Shown here piece after piece: positions 22,689 through 31,933 of a stretch of DNA of 64,000 nt. Source of the stretch: Bacillota bacterium (lineage in GTDB: Bacteria; Bacillota; JAAYKD01); the NCBI GenBank assembly GCA_963666425.2, contig OY762825.2, positions 1,088,001-1,152,000 of the forward strand, in the 5' to 3' direction. The position numbers and the translations under genes were made by a program. Position 1 is the stretch's first letter; each line of letters opens with the position of its first letter. The notes beneath the pieces are model-generated. The model was not told where the DNA came from, did not search any database, and worked only from the letters and a program-made list of their open reading frames with translations.

Positions 22689-23543
22689 TTAATACAGTTT
22701 CAATAAATCCATGATCACATTCGTTTTCACGCCTGTGAAGGAACCAATCGTTGCCGCGATAACGCCAAGTACGATGATGATCAAGGTGAATTGTTTTCCC
22801 CAGTCCTGAACGACAATAGTTGCCAAGCGGACTCTGTCCTGACCTAAGTAAGCACCGGCAACGTAGATTTCTTCACCAATCAAGCAATAGTCGCAAGCAA
22901 CGATGAAGAAAGGAGTCTGGCTGGTGGAACTTGTAGCTGCGACCTGAATCGCGCCTGCCTGGTTGCCGGCTTCGGCGAATACCAAAGATTCAGCATAGAA
23001 CAGACCGAACATAACCAGAGCAGCAACGCCTTCACGGTTCATGATACCGACTACGCCGGCGGCATAACCGAATTGGTCATTGGTTAAGAAACGAACATCA
23101 TCTTCACGATACGCATCCGGTTTGCCCACTTCAAAATAAGCGGCGCGAACAACGGATTCGGTAATCGGCTGGACAGACGGTGTACGGTTGCAGACGATCA
23201 TACGAGCGTCGTATTTCGCAATCAATTTGGCGACATGGCCCAATACGTTGAAAGAGGCTAAGGTATCAGCAGAGGTTAAGTCGCCAATACCAGGGCTATA
23301 CAGAACGGGACGGCCCATTTCTGTTGCACGGCCAACTACTTCGTCAACGGCATCCAAACCGGCAATCCGGCGAACTTTCGGAATCGTGCCACCGGTCCGG
23401 GCTTGCTTTACCATGAGCAGCAGCGCCGCAACATAAACAATCAAAAAGAGTGTAGATGACAAACCGAGATTTCCATTGCTGTACAGCCATTTGGAAAAGA
23501 ACGGTTTGATTGAAGTTGCAATATTTTGCATAAACGGTGTCAT
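22689..23543 (-). CDS. DUF6754-like protein (gene 1, copy B)
   Basis: 284 aa from MTPF; 3 substitutions vs copy A. Confidence 0.8.
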   Translation of the reverse strand: MTPFMQNIATSIKPFFSKWLYSNGNLGLSSTLFLIVYVAALLLMVKQARTGGTIPKVRRIAGLDAVDEVVGRATEMGRPVLYSPGIGDLTSADTLASFNVLGHVAKLIAKYDARMIVCNRTPSVQPITESVVRAAYFEVGKPDAYREDDVRFLTNDQFGYAAGVVGIMNREGVAALVMFGLFYAESLVFAEAGNQAGAIQVAATSSTSQTPFFIVACDYCLIGEEIYVAGAYLGQDRVRLATIVVQDWGKQFTLIIIVLGVIAATIGSFTGVKTNVIMDLLKLY

Positions 23544-23784
23544 AAGTTTGCACCTCCTGTATGTTTCAAATGATATGTTTTGAATCTGTTTGTTGTGTCT
23601 TTCCCGAACCATGAATAAAATAGAATGAATAAAGATTCCACTGTTGGTAAAAGCGCTTCCATTTCGTTATTTTGCTGCATACCCCCTTTTTTACCGCATC
23701 GCAATTTGTCTGATTTTACAATGCTATGCTACTTTTTGAGATTATTAGAGCAAACGGGAAAAAACTTATAACAAAACTAGCTTC

Positions 23785-23813
23785 ATTTTATACAAGTGCT
23801 CGATTTTTGTCAA
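23785..23813 (-). promoter_or_regulatory. sigma-A promoter of copy B
   Basis: TTGACA-17 nt-TAAAAT, about 240 nt upstream of the start codon. Confidence 0.65.
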
Positions 23814-24454
23814 GAAGAAAAACTAGCTAAATTCCCATTTTCCTTTATAATGTTTTTGTAGAGTAACCAATTTCCGCACTTATTTTTACCATATATTCTG
23901 ATCCGAAAGCTGAATATTTATTATAATATTCAGGTATTTAAATTACTGACCTTGCTTTCAGCTATTTCATTCTAGTTTTAAGAGAGAATTAACAAATTGA
24001 TACCTTATAAGACATATTAAATTATATTTGTTTGAGAAAACTATCACAATTATGCGTAATGCACCATGTGTTTGTTAAGTATTTTTAATTCTTAACAAAT
24101 TAAAAGTATATTCCAGCAATATTTGCCTATTTTTTCTAAAATTAAACTTATAATTCCATATTTTCCCGCACTATATTTTTTTTCAATTACTTCTCATTAC
24201 TCTTTTTTAAGACTATTTAACCTGTTATTTCGATTGATCTATTTTACTCTTCTTGGAATGAATCCGGTCGAGAATTACTAAACAAATACAAAGACCGACA
24301 ACATACCGCAAACAAAATGCGGGATTCTCATTCCAAGCGATACTTCCTTCACTGAAAAGGTTACAGATTCTCACTATTTCATGACATCGGACAGCTTATT
24401 GCTAGCGTTATTATCTGGCGATTCCCTTTTGAACAGAGCAGCTTTTCAGAGTAT

Positions 24455-24493
24455 AAAAAACCCGCAGATGCAGCTTTTTTCAGCATCTGCGGA
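24455..24493 (-). terminator. Terminator after the glutaredoxin
   Basis: CCGCAGATGC...GCATCTGCGG stem flanked by an A-run (U-tail on the minus strand). Confidence 0.7.
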
Positions 24494-24507
24494 TAAAATC
24501 GATCTGA

Positions 24508-24783
24508 TTAATTTTTTAGAACTGACAGATCAGTTGGCAATTCAAGATAATATTCTGCTTGGTCACCATCATCGACAGCGATCATCGGAATTCCCACTCT
24601 GCCTGCGCCGCGTATTTCTGCATACAGTTTTAATGTATCTCGTAGTTTTAAAAATTCCTTCAACGGTTTCATACCGGAAGTGATATCAACATATTCGAAT
24701 TCAATCGCATTTTGGGAAAGAACCTCTTTCACCTTGGGGCAGCCGGGTCAGAAACTGCTGCCGAAGACTTTGATTTTTTTCAT
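24508..24783 (-). CDS. Glutaredoxin-like selenoprotein (UPGC active site)
   Basis: AAGGAGGA RBS, ATG 24783, MKKIKVFGSSF-TGA-PGCPKVKEVL continuing in frame into track ORF 24508..24732 (YVDIT, RVGIP cis-Pro motif); hairpin GAAAGA-GGT-TCTTTC about 17-32 nt after the TGA. Confidence 0.85.
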
Positions 24784-25001
24784 AGACAAATCCTCCTTAT
24801 CCATTCTTTTATTATCAATATTTTGAATACTGATTCTCTTTCTCACTTCGTTTTTCTCCTACCTGTTTCCTTCCTTACAGGCAAGTATCTGCAGCGATTG
24901 ATCAAAAAAATCAAACTGCGAAATTAGGCGAGGAATACTATGAAAAACTTGCTTTCTTGTAGTAAAAAGATTATGATAGGGCAATAAGGAGGGATATATG
25001 C

Positions 25002-26276
25002 ATGCTAACAAAGAATTTCGCTTTAAAACTGTTCAACGGTTTTTCCATCCAACGCTGGAATGATATGGCCCGCTCCGCAGAACTAACAGAAATGGACAAC
25101 AGCAGTTTAAAAATGATGACAGCCTATCTGATCGGTCATGTCGAAATCGAAGCACAAAAGCAAAACGGTGTTACTCTGCAGGTAGATTGGCAGGAGATCA
25201 TTTATGCCAGTTTTTTTGATCTTCTGAGAAAAATCGCCCTTTCTGATATTAAATCCAGTGTTCATCACCGTATCCGCAATCAATATCCCGAGGAGTTCCG
25301 GAAACTGAATTATTGGGTTCTTGATCAATATAAAACAATCTTAGGTGACCTTGACCAAGAATTGCTGCAGCGATTTGCCGCTTATCTCACAGATGAACAT
25401 CCCTTAAAGCCAATGGAGGCTAGCATTCTCAGTGCCGCCCACGATTATGCAACCTATCGTGAATTTGAGCTGATTAAATTAGTCAATGTTTCTTCACCGC
25501 AGCTCTACTCAATCGAACAGCAATTGAATGCTGAAATGCAGAGCCATTTACAACTAAAGGGAATGCAGATGCTGGTGACCCGACAAAAATTGTATGAATT
25601 ACTCCTGAGATTGGAGCAGCTTCGTTTTCAAGTACGCTGGAGTCACACAGAACGCATACCGCGCACGACTGTTCTAGGTCATTCGATGCTGGTAGCCTGC
25701 TTTGCCATGCTGCTGACACGTCAGTTGCCCGATTTCCCAAAAATTCAGCAACCCGGCCGGATGATTTACAGCAATTTCTTTGCCGGACTTTTCCATGACC
25801 TGCCGGAAAGTGTGATTCGCGATATCGTTTCTCCGGTCAAGCGTGCTACCGTCAATCTGCCTGAGATAGTGAAAGAAATCGAAGACAGCATCGTGCGGGA
25901 AGAGCTTTATCCTTTGATGGGCGATTACCGCTTCAAAGATGAATTGATTGCTTATACCAGCCAGGAATTCCAAGATCGCCTGATCTTTGGTGCTACTCCC
26001 AATACGCAGCCGGTTTTACTGACAGCGGATCAATTTGAAAAATTACTTTTACAACCGCCAACGCTCGGATTGCCCGTCATGGGTTCTCTGATCGGCTTGT
26101 GCGATGAATATGCCGCTTATCTGGAAGCCTACCAATCGATCGATCACGGCATCAGCTCGAACTATCTGCGGCAAGCAGCCACTCATATTCGGCAGGATCT
26201 GAGCGCAGGACCGGAAATCGGTGGGTTGCCTGTCCGGAAATTGTTCGAAGGCTTTAAAGCATTCGACCTTGAATAA
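25002..26276 (+). CDS. HD-domain phosphohydrolase (tandem YfbR-like domains)
   Basis: SIQRWND, FQVRWS, TVLGHSMLVA, LFHDLPE...RDIVSPVK; AAGGAGG RBS. Confidence 0.85.
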   Translation: MLTKNFALKLFNGFSIQRWNDMARSAELTEMDNSSLKMMTAYLIGHVEIEAQKQNGVTLQVDWQEIIYASFFDLLRKIALSDIKSSVHHRIRNQYPEEFRKLNYWVLDQYKTILGDLDQELLQRFAAYLTDEHPLKPMEASILSAAHDYATYREFELIKLVNVSSPQLYSIEQQLNAEMQSHLQLKGMQMLVTRQKLYELLLRLEQLRFQVRWSHTERIPRTTVLGHSMLVACFAMLLTRQLPDFPKIQQPGRMIYSNFFAGLFHDLPESVIRDIVSPVKRATVNLPEIVKEIEDSIVREELYPLMGDYRFKDELIAYTSQEFQDRLIFGATPNTQPVLLTADQFEKLLLQPPTLGLPVMGSLIGLCDEYAAYLEAYQSIDHGISSNYLRQAATHIRQDLSAGPEIGGLPVRKLFEGFKAFDLE

Positions 26277-26474
26277 CAAGAGAATCTTCATAAGAGAAGG
26301 GAGCTGGCAAGCACGTCCGTCAAACCAACCGATGCCGGTAAAAAAACCGGATCTCAACCAAAAAAAATCTTCGCAGGATGGAAGCAAAAACGGAAGCAGC
26401 ACAAGGAACCCTCCTCTGAAAAAACATCCGGTATCCCAAACAGCGTCTCAAAGCAACGCAGTGTCAATCTCAGT

Positions 26475-28622
26475 ATGCGAAAGTTTAAAAATGGCCGCGG
26501 CAAATGGGTCTTGCTCAGCTTTGCTTTGCTCTTCGCAGCACTGATCGGGCGTATCGCCTGGATCAATTTTGCACCTACTCCACACAGTGGTGAAGCTTTG
26601 CGGGAGGAAGCTTCCGATACCTGGCAACATTCTCAAACAATCAATCCCATCCGCGGCGATATTTTCGATCGAAACGGAAAAACCCTGGCGCTCAGCGCGC
26701 AAGCAGAGACGATTGAGGTCATCCCCGAACTCATTGCTGCTTTAGAATCTTATGATACGGATAGCAAAGGGAATTATCTGAAACCGTTTCAGAGTATAGA
26801 GAGTCTGGCTGCGAAATTATCCGTTATTCTGGAAATGGATTGGCAGGATGTTTTCGATTGTCTCACTTCCAGTCAGGCTCAGCTTTACCTCTGCCGCCAA
26901 ATTTCCACCGAAAAAGCGGATGCGGTGCGCGCTTTGCGCATGCAGGGAATTACCTTTCTCTATGAACCCAAACGATATTACCCGCTGGATAATTTCGCTT
27001 CTACCTTCATGGGTTTTGTCGGGACAGACAATCATGGTCTTTCCGGTCTGGAATTTTGGTATGATGATCAATTATACGGCAAAGCCGGTAATGCGGTGGT
27101 GGTTCAAAGCAGCGACGGCAGCGCCATCCCGCTTTACAATAATCAAGTGGTTGCTGCCGTCGACGGTAATGATTTGATCCTGACAATTGATGAACAGCTG
27201 CAATCCATACTGGAGCGGGAATTAAGTTCTGCTGTCACGGAAAACAAAGCCGCTTCCGGCGGCGGAATCATTATGGATCCCTATACCGGCGAAATTCTGG
27301 CGATGGCGTCCATGCCAAATTTTGATTTGAACCATTTTGGTGAAGCTGATCCGAATTTATGGAACAATCCCCTGGTTTCTGATGCATTTGAACCCGGCTC
27401 CACCTTTAAGATCATTACCTGTCTGGCTGCGCTGAGCAATAATGTCGCCAGCGAAACGAGCTATTTTGAGGATCCGGGTTATTATATCGTCGCAGGGGAA
27501 AAGATCCAAAACTGGGACAAGGGTTCTAGTCACGGCACCTTCAGCTTATTGGATGGTATGCGTAATTCAAGCAATGTGATCTTGGGTCAGCTCGGTCTGC
27601 GCTTAGGCGCCAAGAAACTGATCTCATTCCAGGAATTAATGGGCTTCGGCTCTCTCACAGGGATTGATTTTCCCGGTGAAACTGCCGGGGTATTGTTCGA
27701 CCCCGATTCTATTCGTGATGTGGAATTATTCACGGCGGCATTTGGCCAAGGTCCCTCCGTTACACCGATTCAGCAGTTGAATGCCATCAATGCGATTGTC
27801 AACGGCGGCCAGTTGCTGCAGCCTCATCTGGTGAAAGCACAAATTGATGCCGAAGGAAGCAGAACCGATACCCCCACAAAAATAATCCGGGAGGTAGCCT
27901 CTGCTTCCGTCATGGAACGCATGCGGGATATCTTGATTTATGTTTTAAATGCGCCCGGTTCGAAAGGCGCTTCCGACAGTTATCTGCTGGCTGGGAAAAC
28001 CGGAACCGCCAATAAGCTAAACGGCGAGACCGGCGGTTATTACGAAGATAAGTACATCGCGTCTACCATTGGCTTTGCTCCGGCAAAGGAAGCCATTTAC
28101 TCGATCTATGTCTATCTCGATGATCCCAAGGGACCCAATGGCTATTATGGCGGTCAGACTGCCGCACCAATGTTCCGTAAAATTGCCGAAGCAGCGCTGG
28201 AATATGCGGGTTATCTGCCGGGAGATGTAACAGAAGCAGAAGTTACTGCCGCTTCGGAGGTCACAGTAGCCGAGCTGATTGGCAAGACGAAAGCGGAGCT
28301 TGCTGCACTGCTGTTGAACAGTAAAGCCGTGATCAGTTATATCGGCAGCGGCGATGTGACCGTTGCGCAGTATCCCGCCGCCGGCAGCACCATCTCAGCC
28401 GGTCAGGCACTGCATCTTTATATGCTGCCGTCTCTTCCTGCTGATCCAACAAAAACAGTAGTCCCTAATTTCAGCGGTCAGAACTTAAGAGAAATCTCCT
28501 CGGTCTGCGACCAACTCGGTTTAGTCCTCGTCAGCAAAGGCAGCGGTATCTGCAGTGAACAATCGGTTGCAGCCGGTACAACCGTCAGTAAGGGCAGCAG
28601 TATTCAGGTCACCTTCTCCTAA
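26475..28622 (+). CDS. Class B penicillin-binding protein (FtsI/SpoVD-like) with two PASTA domains; true start may be further upstream
   Basis: TM, RGDIFDRNG, RYYP, GLSGLE, EPGSTFK (SxxK), SSN, KTGT; C-terminal PASTA repeats. Confidence 0.93.
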   Translation: MRKFKNGRGKWVLLSFALLFAALIGRIAWINFAPTPHSGEALREEASDTWQHSQTINPIRGDIFDRNGKTLALSAQAETIEVIPELIAALESYDTDSKGNYLKPFQSIESLAAKLSVILEMDWQDVFDCLTSSQAQLYLCRQISTEKADAVRALRMQGITFLYEPKRYYPLDNFASTFMGFVGTDNHGLSGLEFWYDDQLYGKAGNAVVVQSSDGSAIPLYNNQVVAAVDGNDLILTIDEQLQSILERELSSAVTENKAASGGGIIMDPYTGEILAMASMPNFDLNHFGEADPNLWNNPLVSDAFEPGSTFKIITCLAALSNNVASETSYFEDPGYYIVAGEKIQNWDKGSSHGTFSLLDGMRNSSNVILGQLGLRLGAKKLISFQELMGFGSLTGIDFPGETAGVLFDPDSIRDVELFTAAFGQGPSVTPIQQLNAINAIVNGGQLLQPHLVKAQIDAEGSRTDTPTKIIREVASASVMERMRDILIYVLNAPGSKGASDSYLLAGKTGTANKLNGETGGYYEDKYIASTIGFAPAKEAIYSIYVYLDDPKGPNGYYGGQTAAPMFRKIAEAALEYAGYLPGDVTEAEVTAASEVTVAELIGKTKAELAALLLNSKAVISYIGSGDVTVAQYPAAGSTISAGQALHLYMLPSLPADPTKTVVPNFSGQNLREISSVCDQLGLVLVSKGSGICSEQSVAAGTTVSKGSSIQVTFS

Positions 28623-28718
28623 AACAACAGGAGTCACAGCGCACCACTTACTGCGATCCATACGATTTTGCTTCACCATTCTGATTCTGCTATAAAGAAG
28701 ATTTTACATTTGCAGCTG

Positions 28719-28747
28719 TTGACAATGTCAAAATATGCTAGTATAAT
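28719..28747 (+). promoter_or_regulatory. Consensus sigma-A promoter of the gcv operon
   Basis: TTGACA-17 nt-TATAAT (perfect). Confidence 0.85.
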
Positions 28748-28764
28748 TATACTCAATTGAATAG

Positions 28765-29023
28765 AGATCGTAGGAAAAATTCGAGAGAGACTGCAGCATC
28801 AGAAGGTTTCCGGTAAGGAAACCTTCAGCAGAGCCGAAGGGGAATTGCGAATAGCTCTCAGGCAAAAGAATCGAATTTGGACGATACTTCGGAAAGTCAT
28901 TGGGTTGACGCCGACGAAGCAATCAAACTCCGGATTAAAACTGCCTTAGGGTAACGTTTGGAGCAAGAGAATCTTTCAGGCAGAATTACGGAGGCATGCT
29001 ATTAGGCATGCCTCCGTTTTTTA
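28765..29023 (+). promoter_or_regulatory. Tandem glycine riboswitch with terminator expression platform
   Basis: Aptamer 1 GAGAGA...GCCGAAGG...CTCTCAGGCAAAAG; GGAC linker; aptamer 2 CGGAAAG...GCCGACGAAGCAA...CTTTCAGGC; terminator ACGGAGGCATGC-loop-GCATGCCTCCGT-T-run before gcvT. Confidence 0.92.
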
Positions 29024-29056
29024 TATGCAAATATAATATGAAGTGAGGGAAAATCA

Positions 29057-30175
29057 ATGGAAAAGAAAACACCTCTGTATGACTGCCATCTGGCAGCCGG
29101 CGGCAAACCTGTGCCTTTCGCCGGTTATTTACTGCCGATTCAGTATGCTACCGGCATTATTACGGAGCATATGGCGGTCCGCAAACAGGCGGGCTTATTC
29201 GACGTTTCCCATATGGGAGAAGTGATTTACAGCGGCAGGGATGCCGTAAAAAACCTGAATCATCTGCTGACCAATGATGTTGCGTTACTGCGCTATGGTG
29301 AAATCTGTTACAGCCCGATGTGCAATACAGAAGGCGGCTTTGTGGACGATCTGATCGCTTATAAACTGGACGATGAGAAATATATGCTGGTCGTCAATGC
29401 TTCCAATCGTGAAAAAGATGTTGCCTGGATGCAAGAACATCTTTTTGGCGACGTTCAATTCGAAGATATTTCCGACAGTATGGCGGAACTAGCACTGCAA
29501 GGTCCTAATTCCACCGCTATCTTAGCCAAACTGACAGATGCTGCTGCTCTGCTCGTCGGCAATTATACCTTCAAAGAAAACATCCTGCTCAACGGCATTT
29601 CCTGTCTCGTCTCTGTCACCGGCTATACCGGTGAGATGGGTTATGAAATTTATCTTGATAATGCAGATGCCGCCGAGGTTTGGAATTTGCTGCTGGCAGC
29701 CGGCAAAGAACTGGGTTTGATTCCCTGTGGCTTAGGCAGCCGTGATACGCTGCGTTTGGAAGCAGGCATGCCGCTATACGGCCATGAAATGGATGAGAGG
29801 ATCACTCCTTTGGAAATCGGCCTGAGCTATTTTGTCCACCTGGAAAAAGAGGGTGGTTTTCTGGGTAAAGAGGCCATGCTCGCCAAAAAGCCCTACGCAA
29901 ACAAGCGTGTTGGTCTCAAGGTAAACGGCCGCGGCATCGTCCGTGAACAGGAAAAGATTTTCATCGGTGATCAAGAGATCGGTATTACAACATCCGGAAC
30001 CTATTCTCCTTATTTCAGCTGCGGCCTCGCCATGGCTCGAATCAATAAAAAATACGGTAAAATCGGCACTCTGGTCGATGTTGAAGTACGCGGCAGACGC
30101 ATTGCCGCAGAAATTGTAGCGCTGCCTTTCTATAAGCGAAACCAGACAACAGCATCCGCTTCTCCCTTAAAATAA
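29057..30175 (+). CDS. gcvT: Glycine cleavage aminomethyltransferase T
   Basis: KKTPLY, GLFDVSHMGE, TGYTGE, RDTLRLEAGMPLYG. Confidence 0.97.
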   Translation: MEKKTPLYDCHLAAGGKPVPFAGYLLPIQYATGIITEHMAVRKQAGLFDVSHMGEVIYSGRDAVKNLNHLLTNDVALLRYGEICYSPMCNTEGGFVDDLIAYKLDDEKYMLVVNASNREKDVAWMQEHLFGDVQFEDISDSMAELALQGPNSTAILAKLTDAAALLVGNYTFKENILLNGISCLVSVTGYTGEMGYEIYLDNADAAEVWNLLLAAGKELGLIPCGLGSRDTLRLEAGMPLYGHEMDERITPLEIGLSYFVHLEKEGGFLGKEAMLAKKPYANKRVGLKVNGRGIVREQEKIFIGDQEIGITTSGTYSPYFSCGLAMARINKKYGKIGTLVDVEVRGRRIAAEIVALPFYKRNQTTASASPLK

Positions 30176-30223
30176 ACGCACATCTGGCGTTTATCAATAA
30201 AATTCAATAGGAGGTCAATCAAC

Positions 30224-30610
30224 ATGAACATTCCCCAAAATTTACTCTACAGCAAATCTCACGAGTGGGTCTTATTCTTGGATGAAACCACAGTGCGCAT
30301 CGGGATCACCAATACGGCGCAGCAATTACTTGGCGATTTGGTCTACATCAATCTGCCTGAAGTTGGCGACGCAGTTGTCAGCGGTGAAACCTTCGCCGAT
30401 GTGGAAAGCGTAAAAGCGGTTTCCGATATCTTCTCCCCTGTGACCGGTGAAGTCTCAGCTGTCAACGAAGAATTGAAGGATAACCCTCAATTCATGAACA
30501 GCGCTCCCTACGAATCCTGGTTGATTGAAGTCAAAAACCTCAGCGACCGGGAGGCATTGCTGAATGCGGAGCAATATGCTAAAATCTGTGCAGAGGAGGA
30601 GGGGCACTAA
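30224..30610 (+). CDS. gcvH: Glycine cleavage H protein
   Basis: YSKSHEW; VESVKAVSD with the lipoyl-Lys. Confidence 0.97.
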   Translation: MNIPQNLLYSKSHEWVLFLDETTVRIGITNTAQQLLGDLVYINLPEVGDAVVSGETFADVESVKAVSDIFSPVTGEVSAVNEELKDNPQFMNSAPYESWLIEVKNLSDREALLNAEQYAKICAEEEGH

Positions 30611-30613
30611 ACT

Positions 30614-31933
30614 ATGTCCTACATTCCTTCCAGCTTAAAGGAGCGTCAGGAAATGCTGCAGACGGTTGGAGTCCAGACAACCGATGATCTGTTTGCGGTT
30701 GTTCCCTCTGCTCTGAAAATCAAGCAATTGCAGCTTCCCGGTGGGAAAAGTGAATTGGAAGTCAGCCAAATCATGCGAGAGATGGCCGGCAAAAATCGAG
30801 TGTTTTCCGCTATTTTCCAAGGTGCCGGCGCTTACCATCATTATATTCCGGCAATCGTCAAAAGCATTACCGCCAAAGAAAGCTTTCTCACTGCTTATAC
30901 GCCCTATCAAGCCGAAATCAGCCAGGGCATTTTGCAGTCCATTTTTGAATATCAAACGATGATTTGTGAACTGACCGGCATGGATGTATCCAATGCTTCC
31001 ATTTATGATGGAGCTTCGGCAGCCGCCGAGGCCATGACGATGTGCCGCGAACGCAAACGCGAACGCGTTCTGCTTTCCGCATCAGTCCTGCCAATGGTTC
31101 TGCAAACCATACAAACCTACTGCAACGGCAATGGCATGACGGTAGAATTGATCCCAGAAAAAAATGGTGTCACCGATCTGGCGGCTCTGGAAGCACTGCT
31201 GAATGAGCAGACCGCTTGTGTTTACCTGCAGCAGCCCAATTACTTTGGCCTGCTGGAACCGGCCGAAGCGATTGCAGCAGCCACACATCAGGCCGGAGCC
31301 AAATTTGTGCTGAGTGTCAATCCCATTGCCGCAGCCATTTTAAAAACGCCGCGGGACTGCGGCGCTGATATCGCCGTTGGCGAAGGGCAGCCGCTGGGTC
31401 TGCCGTTGGCCTTTGGCGGTCCTTATTTGGGCTTCATGGCTACGACCAATGCTTTGATCCGCAGACTGCCTGGTCGCATCGTCGGAGAAACCGTTGATCT
31501 CGCGGGTAAACGCGCGTTTGTTTTGACCCTGCAAGCCAGAGAGCAGCATATTCGCCGTGAAAAAGCCTCCTCCAACGTCTGTTCCAATCAAGCTTTATGC
31601 GCCTTGACTGCAGCCGTCTACTGCTCTGCCATGGGACCAACCGGTCTGCAGGAAGCTGCCTCACAATGTCATGCCAAAGCGCATTATGCTGCCCGGCAAA
31701 TATCCGCCATCCCAGGCTTTGCGCTGCGCTATCAAGGGGAATTCTTTCATGAATTCCTCACAGAAACCCCATACTGCGCTGAAACGATTTTGGCAAAACT
31801 GGCTGAGAAAGATATCTTAGGCGGCTATCCCGTTTCCGGCGGCATGCTCTGGTGTGTCACCGAAATGAATTCTAAGGCTCAAATTGATGCCTTGACCGCT
31901 GTTTTAAAGGAGGTCAGTTCAACATGCAATTAA
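30614..31933 (+). CDS. gcvPA: Glycine dehydrogenase subunit 1
   Basis: YTPYQAEISQG, NASIYDGASA, REQHIRREKASSNVCSNQ. Confidence 0.97.
   Translation: MSYIPSSLKERQEMLQTVGVQTTDDLFAVVPSALKIKQLQLPGGKSELEVSQIMREMAGKNRVFSAIFQGAGAYHHYIPAIVKSITAKESFLTAYTPYQAEISQGILQSIFEYQTMICELTGMDVSNASIYDGASAAAEAMTMCRERKRERVLLSASVLPMVLQTIQTYCNGNGMTVELIPEKNGVTDLAALEALLNEQTACVYLQQPNYFGLLEPAEAIAAATHQAGAKFVLSVNPIAAAILKTPRDCGADIAVGEGQPLGLPLAFGGPYLGFMATTNALIRRLPGRIVGETVDLAGKRAFVLTLQAREQHIRREKASSNVCSNQALCALTAAVYCSAMGPTGLQEAASQCHAKAHYAARQISAIPGFALRYQGEFFHEFLTETPYCAETILAKLAEKDILGGYPVSGGMLWCVTEMNSKAQIDALTAVLKEVSSTCN

Noticed and set aside
23540-23680. 46-codon ORF (MQQNNEMEALL...GGANL) in the copy B leader whose stop overlaps the gene-1 start
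   Set aside because: The SD-like sequence abuts the ATG, there is no counterpart in the copy A leader and no recognisable features; likely chance.
24071-24099. TTGTTAA...TTAACAA as a Rex operator
   Set aside because: Half-site spacing is 13 nt rather than 4, in a very AT-rich context.
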